DNA from: Azolla caroliniana
Taxonomy: Eukaryota > Plantae > Polypodiophyta
DNA length: 64,000 nucleotides
NCBI GenBank assembly: GCA_043228905.1
Contig: JBHGNT010000005.1
Location: 3,162,001-3,226,000, forward strand
Direction: 5' to 3'
Shown piece after piece: positions 1 through 12,575 of this stretch. Position numbers and translations under genes: made by a program. A model generated the notes under the pieces. The model was not told the origin of the DNA. It saw only the letters and a list, made by a program, of their open reading frames with translations, and did not search any database. How positions within the stretch are numbered: the stretch's first letter is position 1; each line of letters opens with the position of its first letter.

Positions 1-1501
1 AGCAAAGTAACAATGATAAAAGTGCTCAACATTAGCGTTCTACTTAGAGACAAACTTTGAACATGATAATTATTTTGCTCCAATGGGTGACACAAAGGTC
101 CAACAAAGAGATCCTAGCGATGCCAAGGGGATAAATTTTGAGCTATTTTAAAATTTTAATGATCGCGCTTCTCTTTGGTCCCGTTTGTGTAAACCTATCT
201 GAACATAAGCATTAGCCCATACCTTGTTTTTGCAAATAGATCATGAGGCTCAATTGGAAACTTCCTTATTTCTGTATAGAATTTGATACCTGAAACAAAT
301 TTCTTACTTGTTTAGCAAAAGAAATTGTAGAAGTTGAATAGCATTCAATTTTAAGAGAATGAACATTGCAAGATGAAGTCACAATTCGAAAGGAAGATAC
401 CATTTTATTTGCATATTTGACTTAAATCCATCAGCTCAAAATAAATGTGGTTGAAACCCAATCTTGTAATTATATTTGCAAAAATGTGAAACCCCAAAGG
501 TGAGTAATGGTTGGAGGTTATTAGAGAAGAAGATTTGAAGGAGCATGATAGGTGCAAGGCGTTATGCTCTAGTAGTTTACAACATTTACTCATCGTGGGT
601 GGCATTGGCATCTATTGAATTTGTTAAGTTACATGAAGCTTCTTTGATCTTACTCATAATGTGTGGGAGTTGTCATTGTATGAAGTCTCTTTGGATTGCC
701 TCTATTTATGTGAAAGCAAACCCAAAATCCAAATTTTGTGCATGTAAAATTGTCTTTCATCATATGCATGATTTTTAGACATGGATGACTCAATAGATTT
801 TGCTTAACCTTGTAATCTTAATTGATTTGACAACTTCCTAACTCTTAACTAGTGTTCTCATTCTCTAGAACATGATTGACTCAAATGGGGCAACGATTGC
901 TCTAAAGTTCCCGCATGCTCCCACAATGAACCATCTTTCCACTTAACTAAATGTTCCAAATGAAATTTATTCATAGCTTTTCAATGCCGAATATCTCAAT
1001 CTATGTTAGGCTAATTTCAAAGAGGTCAAGGATGTTACATAGCTCATATCATTGCTCAAATGACAATGTTGACACCAATAAATGCCTTTCCTTGCTTTTG
1101 TTCATCGAACGTGTGAAACTAATGCAAGCAATGAACGTATTGTGCTCCATTGCTCTACATGAACCATCTGATCTCAAAATGCATTTGGCGCCATAGCTAG
1201 ACCCAATTTATCTTCCCCAAAGCTGCATAATTGCTTCAACAAGACAATGTGGGGGAGTTCAGCCATTGCTCGCAACATTAGACCAAAACTTGGAAGGTGC
1301 AGATATAAAAAAAAGCAAACAGGGGAGGCCTCAGGCAAGGGTCGCAAAAGAATCGTAGGTCTAGGAAACTTTAAAGTCTGTTCACACCGGTGCTGCGTTT
1401 CCCTCAAAATTTTAAAGTCTATTCACACCACATCTTTTCTCATTCCCTTCCATATATATAATGTTCTGGAAGCTTCTTTTTCCCATTAGCTGTATGTCGC
1501 C

Positions 1502-4500
1502 ATGGCTTCTCGTCTGAGGTTCGGTGTGCTTCTTCTTCTTCTCTCTTCTCGCCTTCTGATTGTTGTGTCTGATGTCGTGTTTGAGGAGCGATTCGATGGT
1601 ACGTTGTTTGGTTCTTTTGTTCCCTTGATTATGTCACCGAATTTTGATTATTTGTGGTTTAGCCGTTGAAATGAATGAAATTCAATTCGAAGTCTTAAGA
1701 AAATGCTCGAAATTCAGTTCAAAACATGTCCAGATTTTATGATAATGTCCCAAATTCAGTTTGAACCATCACTAGGTTTTAAGAAATTGCTGAAAGGCAG
1801 CTCAAACCCTGGTTAGGATTTAAGGAATGGTTTAAATGCTACAAAAACAATGACTAGGTTTAAGATAATCGTTGAATCTCACCACAAACCTTGAAGAATA
1901 AAAAATGGCCTGAATTCAGCTTAAAACGTGGCTAGCTAGTTCCAAAAATGGGTTCTTGATTCTTAGAGCAATGGAAAACGTTTTTCCAAAATCTCGTTGT
2001 ATTTTTTACACTAATATTGTCTTTTAACACTATATTTGTGATTTGCTGAATTGTGCACGAGTTTGATTGCTTAAGGGTCCTGTTTCGTACAAATTAAGAA
2101 CCTTATTAAAACCTTTTTATTATTATTATGAAGATGGCTGGGAAAGTCGCTGGGTGAAGTCGAGCTGGAAGAAAAGTGAAGGTGCAGCTGGAGATTGGAT
2201 TCATACTGCAGGAAAATGGCATGGAGATCCTGAGGATAAAGGTGTTGGTTTTATCATTCTATGGTTTCATGTTGATTGTTATTCAATTTAAAATGTAAAC
2301 GAGGGAGAAATTCGCAACTACCCTTGAGTTTCTCTTTTTTCAAGGATATTTTGGAGTTTTTTATCGCTATAAACAAAGAATGACATTCATGATTCCTGTT
2401 GTTTGGTTTTCTTCCAGGAATTCAAACTAGCCCAGATTCACGGTTCTTTGCTATTTCTGCGGAGTTTCCAGAGTTCACCAATAAGGATAAAAACCTTGTT
2501 CTTCAGTATTCTGTGAAGCATGAACAAGATCTTGATTGTGGAGGGGGGTATGTCAAGTTATTGAGTGGTGATGTGGATCAGTCTAAGTTCAGTGGTGACA
2601 CACCTTACAGGCAAGCACCTCCTTTATCCTCATTGTTAGATTCAGAAGTGTGTTTCCTAATATATGGTTGGTTTCTAGTAATTCAAACTTATTTTCTTCT
2701 TCCCCCATTTAGCATTATGTTTGGCCCTGACATCTGCGGATACAATACAAAGAAGGTGCATGCGATCTTGTCGTATAAAGGGGGAAACCACCCGATAGAG
2801 AAGGAAATCGCTTGTGAAACTGATCAACTTACTCATGTATACACTCTTATCATAAAGCCAGACAATACGTACAGTGTCTTGATTGACAATGTTGAGAAGC
2901 AGTCTGGTAGCTTATACAAAGACTGGAAAATGCTTCCTCCAGAAAAGATCAAGGACCCTAATGCTAAGAAGGTAATGCATAATGCTACATCTGTGCTCAA
3001 ACTTCATGTGATGGATAATGTGGAGACACTTTATTATCTTCCTTGGAGTTGCAAATATCTATCTATCTATCTACATGTATGTATGCGTGTATGTATGTAT
3101 GCATATATGTATGAAAGAAGATATGAATATGCCGAAGATAGATGGAATGTGTTTAAGAGAAAGTATTCATGCAGCCAGAGGATTGGGATGACAAAGAATA
3201 CATTGATGATCCTGAAGACAAGAAACCTGAGGTCAAGTGTAATGTTTTTAATCATTTCAGTTAAAAATGGGCTATTTGATTAATAAAGACATCAAGTCGT
3301 CAGTTTTTTCTCCCGTTTGAGCCTATGTATTGACTTAAATGTTTTTACAGGGTTATGATGACATACCTGCTGAAATTGCTGATTCTGAAGCTACAAAGGT
3401 AAGCTATGGTCCAATTAGATTATCATGTGGAATGTTTTATGCCTTTTGTCATGGCTCTGGGTTGTGATCAGCCTGAAGATTGGGATGATGAAGAAGATGG
3501 TGAGTGGAAATCCCCAACTGTTCCAAATCCTGAGTATAAAGGTCCATGGAAGCCTAAGGTATATAGTTTGGCAGGATTTTGCTTTCATTTGCTTCTCAGA
3601 CACAAATCGAGAGCATCAGTTAAGTATTTACATCTATGGTAATTATAGAAGCTCAAGAACCCTGCCTACAAAGGGAAATGGAAAGCTCCACTGATCGACA
3701 ATCCTGGTAAATTCTCTTTGCTGAATGAAGATTTTAGAATAGAAAATGACTGCAATAATAGGTTTGCTGCATGACTCAGTATGGCATTGAGTACATCAAG
3801 TATTGATGTACTCTTGGTTAGAGAATTGTTATGGGGATAACTTTAGGGAGCAATTTTTAGAGGCAAAGTTCAATGGTTTTAGGATAAGTGAGCAACTGCT
3901 TATCCTAGGACTTGGGACAAACTCATAAAAACCAGTGACACATGGGAACATGTGGCAGCTTGAGAGCCTTACGATTTGAGCTATGTAAAGGGGACTATGC
4001 ATCCCCTTCATTATGGCATCTCATAGATGTTATTGAGAATCTATAGGTGAGGCAAAGTCATTATTCAGACCTGTATTCAGCTTGAATCCAAGATATAATA
4101 TGATGACTATATTTGGTGGCATAGGAGGCTGATGGGGTTTCTTATTTGTCATGTCCTTAAACTTCTCATTAACAGCTCAGAGTTAGTATTCCATTTTAGT
4201 AAGAAATAATGAAACCATTTTTTTGTGGCAGAATTTGAGGATGACCCTGAAATTTATGTCTTCAAAGGTTTGAAGTATATTGGCATGGAGCTATGGCAAG
4301 TAAGTGCTTTGTTCTTTCCATTCTTGTTCCATTCTATAAGAAAACCTTTGGTAAGAGACCTTGTGACAGGTCAAATCTGGCTCATTATTTGATAACATAT
4401 TGGTAACTGATGATCCTGAGTATGCGAAATCTTTTGCTGAAGAGACTTGGGGCAAAAACAAAGAGGTAAGGCTGTCCATGTTTATTCAGATCATGCATAT

Positions 4501-5074
4501 GTTTATTCAGAGCATGGTGGGCTGCCTGGTTTCGTTGCATTCATGTTACTTGTATATTTTCTTTTATGTCTGTATTATTATACTTATACTTGCACTCTAG
4601 CTTACTTTTCTCTAGAAATTTATGAGTATAAATAAAATGTATAGATTTTTTTCTTGTTTATCCTATAATAATGACATGGCTGGACATGGCAGGCGGAGAA
4701 GAAAGCATTTGATGAAATAGAAAAGAAGAATAAAGAGGTAAAATCTACTTGGTTAAACGTGACCTTGGGATTTTGAATATAAGGAATCTTGTGCTTATGT
4801 TTCCTTTAAATTACAGGAAGATGAGAAGTTTGACGAGGATGATGATGTACACTACGATTTTTTTCCCATCCACTAATTTCTTGTGTCAAAAGTTGTATTA
4901 AATCTTACATTTGTTTTGAATCATTGACAGGATGATGATCATGATGATGATTCTGAAGATCATGATGATGATAACCATGTGAGTCACCTCTCTCTCTCTC
5001 TCTCTCAACATATACCTGTATATTTGCAGAACTAGTAAATTCTGACGTGTTTGCAATTCCAGGATGAGCTGTGA
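1502..5074 (+). CDS. CRT: Calreticulin (CRT1/2-type), 14 exons, ~401 aa, signal peptide and C-terminal HDEL
   Basis: Exons: 1502-1598, 2134-2241, 2418-2610, 2713-2971, 3175-3231, 3351-3398, 3472-3558, 3649-3706, 4232-4299, 4370-4465, 4693-4737, 4817-4846, 4931-4978, 5063-5074 (1206 nt). Motifs: [16 protein letters not shown] signal, [25 protein letters not shown]-domain PEDWD repeats, ELWQVKSG, acidic tail ending H|DEL*. All introns are GT-AG except intron 3 (GC-AG). Confidence 0.97.
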
Positions 5075-7909
5075 TTTGACTTGAATGTCATGACAAATTA
5101 CTGCATTGTCATTCAACATACATCAGTAGTTAGATCACCAGAAAATGGTGGAATAACAGTTACAAAGAGAAGTTTTTAGATCAGGTTTGGAGACAATTTT
5201 GGGTTTGTATACTGAGTTATGGAATATAGCATCAGTCATATATTGCTAATTCAATTTTTGCTCTTTTTCATTCTTCATGAAGAATCAAGTAAATGATTCT
5301 CGGTAGTGATGCATCAACCTTGTTATCATAGATGTACAACAATAGGAATAACTGAAATCTAGAGGGGTATGTTGGAATTTTCCTTCATAATGTTTCGTAC
5401 ATTTCAACAATTTTACAGAGTCATGAAGTTTTCCAGGAAGGTTTCTTTTAACACAAAATTGATGGGAAATTGTGTTCATTATTTTTTGTTTCCATTGTAT
5501 CGCGAGTCTCGCATTTTCTGAGACTATTGAAAACAAACACATTTCATGAGTAACCATGCTGGTTTCTTTTTAATTTTTGTATGACAATTGGTTTACAGAG
5601 TCAAGAAGTTTTCCAGGAAGTTTTCTTTTAATTTTTGTATCACAATTGGTTTACAGAGTCAAGAGTCTCACATTTTCTGAAAGCATTGAAAGCAAACACA
5701 TATCAGAGTAGCCATATTGGTTTATTTTTTAATTTTTGTATTTACAATTGGTTGTTTATCTTTATTACATTTTACATTGCTTGCATTGTGGGAAAATGGC
5801 AATGTGAATGTTAGAAGCCAATTGTTAAGTGTGCTGCTGACAATGAATCCATCACTTTAAAAGTTGCAAACATGTCAATTTACTTTTTTGTAGTGAAGCA
5901 TAATTATGCTCTATGAACAAACACACAACTTTAATGTTGTAATCATATTTATACATTTGAATCTAGGGTGAAGAATACTTAGATTTATATTTGTATGAGT
6001 GTCTATGCTTACCCATAGATTTATGTGCAATGCATACAAACATAAACCTAGTTTTTATCAATGCATCATACTACTGGTGGGATACAACAAAGTGAGATGG
6101 AATACCTGAACATAATTAATTCTGTCATTGAATCAATATATCGTTTATATCAACATGCTTATAGTTGTGAGATTATGAATGTGAAAAGAGCTCCATTGTT
6201 TGGTGAATTATATTTCATTTGTTTGTCTGATGCAATTTCTTTGTAGTTTATGGTATCTATTAGCATGCATGCCAAATTCTGTAAAAACATTATGAGAGCA
6301 AGTGATGATGATCCAAGCTTTGATAAATAAAATAAATTTTAACAAAGGGGTTTTTAGAGTAGACCTAGACAAACCATTTTCATATTGTAAGCACCATGTT
6401 CAATAACTAATATGTGACATGTAGTTCTCACATGATACATAGTTAGTACATCATATATAGATCCTCTAGTTTTGGTTTATTCTATATAGGCACACTTCTA
6501 TGTAGAGTCTAGCCTCTAGGGATAGATGAAAAGGAATCTTTATCTAGATAAATCATTATTACATTTCCTATTGCCTCGGGTGATAGTTAACCTTCTATTT
6601 CAATATTCTTTCTTTGTAAATGCACATGCACCATCCAATGGTTGATTTAGATGAGTCAAGGCTTGTGGCATCTTCTCTTCTATAATTTACAAGCGTACTG
6701 TATATTTCTATTTAGATTTCTCATTTGCATGCTCATGCATAGAAAATGGGGAAGATGATGATGTTTCCATGAGTTAGCATAGCACATAATGAATTACTAC
6801 AATAATAATTGTATGCATGCTCCTTTCTTTGAACTCAATTACTACACAAACAAGTGGCAAGTTTTGAGTGAGTATAGACTTTATTGGAAAAGCCATTTTT
6901 TTTGGTGTTAAGTGGTAAAATAAAACTGGCACAAAATAAATAGATAATAGAGTCTCAAATAGTTTGAACAAACTTCAAGATTTCTATAATGAAACCAAAA
7001 TCAGAACACTTTTGCTTGCATTTTGCCCAAAACTTTTGAATAGGGATTCACAACTCAACTTTCCTTCTTGGCTACTTTTCCTTGGACTTGGGAGTCAACG
7101 TTTAATTCATCAACTCTTAGTCAACCATTTATTCCCTCGTTTTGTTGAGGATTACATAGGCCTATAAATTATTCTATATTTTATCCACATAGCAATAAGA
7201 AGAGCACCATCGGGTGTTTTTTCATTTACACAGAATCCAAAGAAACTACTATTACCATATTCTTGAAATATGTGAACCTAGAGCTAGTTCTAAACATCTA
7301 TATTTCCATCTTGATGGTATGGACAATTTATTCCATTGTTGGTTTTTACTAGTACTGACTATAAAAGGTATTGTTTTTCTATGTGTGAAAATATGGCAGG
7401 TACTATTACAAGTCACCAGTGCTTGGAATAATTGAGTTAGCACTTGGGTCGCACAAAGGTTTTCTACAATGAATGTAATATTCTACCCCATCATTTTAGA
7501 CTTGAACCCACAACTTGAAGGGTTGCAAAGATTTGATAGATCCATCATCCATTTGATACAATCATACAAGTGTGTCCCTTTCAGGTTGGGGGGGTTGCAG
7601 GGTTTGGGATTTACTATACCCACTTGCCAAGGTTTCTAGGAAAAATTTGATTTTCATTGAGCAAAATAGACAAATGGCCCATAAAAGATGGCTTGAAAAT
7701 GAAATAGAACAAATCAACCTTGGAGAGGTTATAAATACGCACACACATATGTACAAACAAACACAACGTTCCGGGAGATGCTTTAAGAGCCCTGTCTAGA
7801 AGGAAATACTCAAAAGGCATCGAAGTAGAGAGGAAAATCATGCTGGTCCATAACAATACTTATGCTTTTTTTCGCCCTCCAATGCGAAGCCTATGTATTA
7901 GAGTGTGGT

Positions 7910-7913
<4 letters not shown>

Positions 7914-7975
<62 letters not shown>
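7914..7975. repeat. (GA)n microsatellite upstream of the kinase gene
   Basis: Uninterrupted GA run of about 30 units. Confidence 0.95.
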
Positions 7976-7979
<4 letters not shown>

Positions 7980-8150
7980 ACCGAAATACAGCAACCTTTT
8001 TGAGGTTTCCCAAAATACCCTCATGCCTCTATTTTTCTAAATTCCCAAAATACCCCTCTACTTTTACCGAAATACTCGGCCTTATATTGGTTATGCAAAT
8101 ACCCTCCTGCCTCTATTTTTCTAAATTCCCAAAAATACCCCTCTACTTTT
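7980..8150. repeat. Imperfect two-copy tandem duplication (~85 bp) in the kinase promoter region
   Basis: CCGAAATAC...AAATACCCTC(A/C)TGCCTCTATTTTTCTAAATTCCCAAAATACCCCTCTACTTTTA occurs twice. Confidence 0.8.
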
Positions 8151-8344
8151 AACCCCTAAACCCTGTCAACCCCCAAGCTCTCTCGCTTCTCTCCCTCTCC
8201 CGCGACAGTTTGGTACCAAGGAGCTTTCCCTTTCTCTCTGACAGAAGTTCGGGCGATGGCGGGAGAGATGAGAACCCCTTTCTTCTTCTACTTCCCCTTC
8301 ACCACCACTTCTTCTTCTCAAGCTTTTCTTAAGTCTTCCTTTTC

Positions 8345-11300
8345 ATGGGAAATATCTGCTATTCCATCTCGAATCAACCTTATCCTTGCATTTCTTATAA
8401 ATGCACCTCTGATGCCGGTAAAATGTTGATCGATTCTCAAATACTTGCAGATATTTTCATAATCTTTTCTTCTTCTTAGATAAAGATGATCTCTGAATCG
8501 AGACTATTCTGTTAATGTAGAGAATAAAACATTTCTTCTTTGATCTTCCAAGGATGATAGCACCATTTCTTCATTCGAAACTGTGAAAATGAACCTTATT
8601 ATTTATGAAGCGAAACCCTTAAGATGGAGGATAGAAAATTACTTCTTTTCTATTTGAAGAATTATTCAACATATCTTGATTCAAACCTGTGGAGTGATAA
8701 TTCTAGTGTATTAATCATAACAGTTGTCAAGCTACAAAGTAAAACATATCAAAACTGTGAAAATGGATATGATTGTCTAGGAATCTAAACTGTTGAGATG
8801 GAAGATAGGCAATGGCGTCTTTAACCTCTGAAGGAAGATACAACATTTCGTGCTTCTGCATCATGGTTTTCATCACATCGTGAATTAATTGTTAATATGA
8901 ACTTAAAACACAGCTTCATATGGATTTCTGTTCTGTATCAGACTACATGCTGTAGGTAAATTGTGCATTTTGGAAGTTCTTGGTATTTGTATGTTCTTTG
9001 GTAATCCATGCAGGCTTAAAAGCTTCTTCGAGATAAATATGATTAACGGTTTGGTTTCATGAAAATGTGTCCTCTGGATTACGTTTTTGCATGTTTTGTG
9101 TATGCTCAAAATTGTCAATATAGTTAATTTATGTCCAATTTTATGTATAGTCTTCCATAAGTGCAGTCAAACGGCAGATATGTCTATTAGCTCAGAGATC
9201 GCCCATTCTGCAAATGGCCTTGGTCAACCCTCCCAAAGAGAGAAAAAGGGGATGAATTGACCATATTATTATTACTTGTAACTTAACTGAGTTGGCCACA
9301 CAGCGAAAACGTAGGGGCATTTGGGGAAACGAAGAACATCTCAGGTGTACTTGAAAGTTTCCTCAATTTAACTTGCTGCAAAATTCTAATATACGCCCAC
9401 ACTCTTAGTTTCTTATGGATATAACGCTACAACTTGTGATCTCATCACACATATTGAGTATATTGATGATCCTTGTGCATTGTTAAAACTATGTATGCCG
9501 TTACTTTATTTAATCAGCTGCTGTAATCTATTTCACACCTGCTGTAATCTATTTCACTCGTATTAAGTGTTGGATGGTGCAGGTGCATTGTCAAAGACAA
9601 AGAATATCTCTCAAAATGATACTTCTATTCACAAAGGCTTTGATACCTCCATTCCTAAAATTGAGAAAATCACACATACTAGTGTCGCTACCAAGGGGTC
9701 ATTGTACGCATTTTCCTATGATGATCTGAGAGCCTCCACGAGGAATTTTCGTGAAGAATTGGGAGAAGGAGGCTTTGGTGTTGTATATAAAGGTTACATT
9801 GAAGAGAAAACACTCGTGCCATCGAGACATGGACAAGGAATTCCGGTAGCAATAAAGAGACTTAAAGTAAATGCACAGCAAGGGCATAGAGAGTGGCTTG
9901 TAAGTAGTTCTCTACCTTTAGTTTGCATCTTTTTATTGGTAAAGGTAATCTTTGTGGGTATATTTATTTGTAAAGTCCTTGTGTTATTGGTCCATTGATT
10001 AATAAGCATCGTTATTAGTAAAAGTCATTCTTGTTATGTTTTCAAGGAAGAGACGAATGGTGTCCATTGTCACAAAGCTCTGGTTGCATTTCTTATGTGC
10101 ATGACTCCTTTGAGGGAGCAGATAGCATATGTATTTCTCTTCTACTTGAAATTTCAGCATGTGTATTTTATTATTATGATATCATATGTAATTATTGGGA
10201 TTCAGGCAGAGGTGCAATTTTTGGGTGCCCTTCATCATCCCAACCTTGTGAAGCTTTTCGGATTTTGTGCTGAGGGATTCAATCGATTACTTGTGTACGA
10301 ATACATGTGTTGTGGAAGCTTAGAAAAGCATCTTTTTAGACGTAAGTTGCTTATATCTGCTAAATTTCAGATTCATATCATTTTTTTGTTATGTGGTTTG
10401 GATTTTCAAGGATTGTTCGCAGGGGGTTATCAAACGATACATTGGGGCATCAGAATGAAAGTTGCTATTGGTGCAGCGAGGGGCCTTGCATTTCTTCATA
10501 ATCCTGATAGACAAGTTATATACAGAGATTTCAAGGCCTCCAACATTTTATTAGATAGTGTGAGCACACTTAACTTGTTCAGTGGATCATATAGACAATA
10601 ATGCAATGACTAGCCACACATGCATTTTCGCCGTATATCTATAGGAGAAAATGATAACATAAAACTGATTCTCACAGGAATATAATGCAAAATTATCAGA
10701 TTTTGGGCTTGCAAAGACAGGTCCTGCAGGAGATGATTCACATGTTTCTACACGTATTATGGGAACCAATGGATATGCTGCCCCCGAGTATCTTGCCACA
10801 GGTTAGTAGTGTGTGATTGTAGTTTAAAAAGTGTTTATGCCGATATGTGTGCCCCATTATATACAGGGTAAAACTCCAAAATATGCCTGCATTTTTATTA
10901 ATTTCCTGAATGCCCTTACTAGTATATATAGTATTTGAGGAAATAATGATAAGTATTGCAAAGCTATAGACTTTTATGGATGTTTCTAGTAATCCATACT
11001 GTGATTCAAGGATTTGATTTGACACAGTATGATTCTTCAAATATTAAGCTCTTACGTGCATAAATGCATGTAGGGCATCTATCGACAAGAAGTGATGTTT
11101 ATAGCTTTGGAGTGGTATTGCTGGAATTATTGACAGGGCGCCGAGCTATAGACAGCCACCGACCATATGGAGAAGAAAAGTTAGTTGATTGGGCAAGGCC
11201 GTATTTAAGAAATAAACGGAAGATCTTGCAGATTATTGATGATAGGCTGGAAAGTCAATTTCCACACAAAGTAGCAGAAAAAGTTGCTAGTCTAGCTCTT

Positions 11301-11384
11301 CAATGTTTGAGTGAAAATGGGAAGGCAAGACCCAGCATGAAAGAGATTGTGGATTCCCTTGATACACTAATCACTCCATTGTAG
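8345..11384 (+). CDS. Receptor-like cytoplasmic kinase, RLCK-VII (PBS1-like/PBL family), 6 exons, ~365 aa
   Basis: Exons: 8345-8417, 9583-9899, 10206-10341, 10423-10559, 10678-10801, 11074-11384 (1098 nt). N-terminus MGNIC (myristoylation/palmitoylation type), [25 protein letters not shown]|[52 protein letters not shown]. Confidence 0.95.
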
Positions 11385-11444
11385 TAGATGAATATGCACT
11401 GGTTTCAGATGCTGTTGGTCGCTTAATAATTTTACTTTAAACTA

Positions 11445-11591
11445 GTATATGTAGGTTACTGGCTCTTATGCCTCTTAAGGGTGAAGAGAGATGGAATTGC
11501 AGACAAGAATGTGATACATGTATATGTAGGTTACTGGCTCTTATGCCTCTTAAGGATGAAGAGAGATGGAATTGCAGACAAGAATGTGATA
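11445..11591. repeat. 75-bp two-copy tandem duplication in the kinase 3' region
   Basis: GTATATGTAGGTTACTGGCTCTTATGCC...GACAAGAATGTGATA starts at 11445 and 11520, nearly identical. Confidence 0.92.
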
Positions 11592-12340
11592 TGTATTTTA
11601 TTTCTCGATTGTATTATCAGTAATAATTGCATAATTTCCATATTGAATTATTGGATGGTCTATCAGTATTCCTATTTATCATGATGCACTTCCCTTCAGG
11701 CTTCTAATAAGAGAAAAAAGCAGGGTAGTTGGTGAAAATATGTACATATTGCTGCATATAGAATGAAATGAAAAAATGCTGTCTTTCATAATCTTTTACG
11801 ATACTCAAAATTTAAGATGACAATATACAGGACCATGTTTCCCTTTATTGAAGTAAAGGGAAGCATCATATGCATGTTTCATTGGGGTAACATTGATAAA
11901 CACTGTGTTACCATCAGTGAGCATTTAAGCATAAGTTGAGCTAACCTTTTGTTATCACAGTTTGGATGGCGTTTTTGCACTTCAAAGACAACGCAATGAT
12001 AGGAAACACATAGCAATAACATAATCATAGGAATCAGCTGGAGCCAGATTTGAAATTATATTAGAATTAAGGAATTTACTCTCAGAGTAGAAAAGGTCAT
12101 TCTTATAAAATAATCCATTTTACACTGTAATCTTTGCACCTACATGAAGAAGATTATTCAGAGGTTTCTAGAGTGGAATAGAAGCAGTCAGTAGCAAACA
12201 CTATTCATATTGCTTGGTTTCATGTTCTGAGTTTAGGACAGCAGTAAAAGAGCTGTGGAGGAGTTCGGAATAAAATGCAACATTTTAAATGCTACAAAAA
12301 ACGAATAAAACACATCCTAGCAAACTCAACATTTTCATGC

Positions 12341-12554
12341 TGTGCAAATCAAGTACCATAAATCTAAGGACCTTTTTTATTTACAGTTAAGTTCCTATAT
12401 GTGCAAATCAAGTACCATAAATCTAAGGACCTTTTTTATTTACAGCTAAGTTCTTATATTATGCAATTTCAGTAAGGACAATTTGTATAATCAAAGTCTG
12501 AGCTAAGTTCTTATATTATTCAATTTCAGTAAGGACAATTTGTATAATCAAAGT
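12341..12554. repeat. Two abutting tandem duplications (59 bp x2, then 57 bp x2) just past the sulfurtransferase stop
   Basis: TGTGCAAATCAAGTACC... at 12341 and 12400; AGCTAAGTTCTTATATTAT... at 12444 and 12501. Confidence 0.9.
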
Positions 12555-12575
12555 GTGATAAGTAACAAAAATCCT

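Noticed and set aside
1-1200. Short ORFs upstream of calreticulin, possibly a decayed transposon
   Set aside because: No recognisable motif in any frame I could translate, so it cannot be assigned.
1203-1221. CCAAT-N9-CCAAA resembling an ER-stress element upstream of calreticulin
   Set aside because: The second half does not match CCACG, so it is likely a chance match.
6770-7860. Cluster of 60-80 aa ORFs between calreticulin and the kinase
   Set aside because: No domain motifs or coherent splice pattern; probably old repeat debris.
7840-8152. ORFs with ERERER/RERERE runs
   Set aside because: These are translations of the (GA)n microsatellite.
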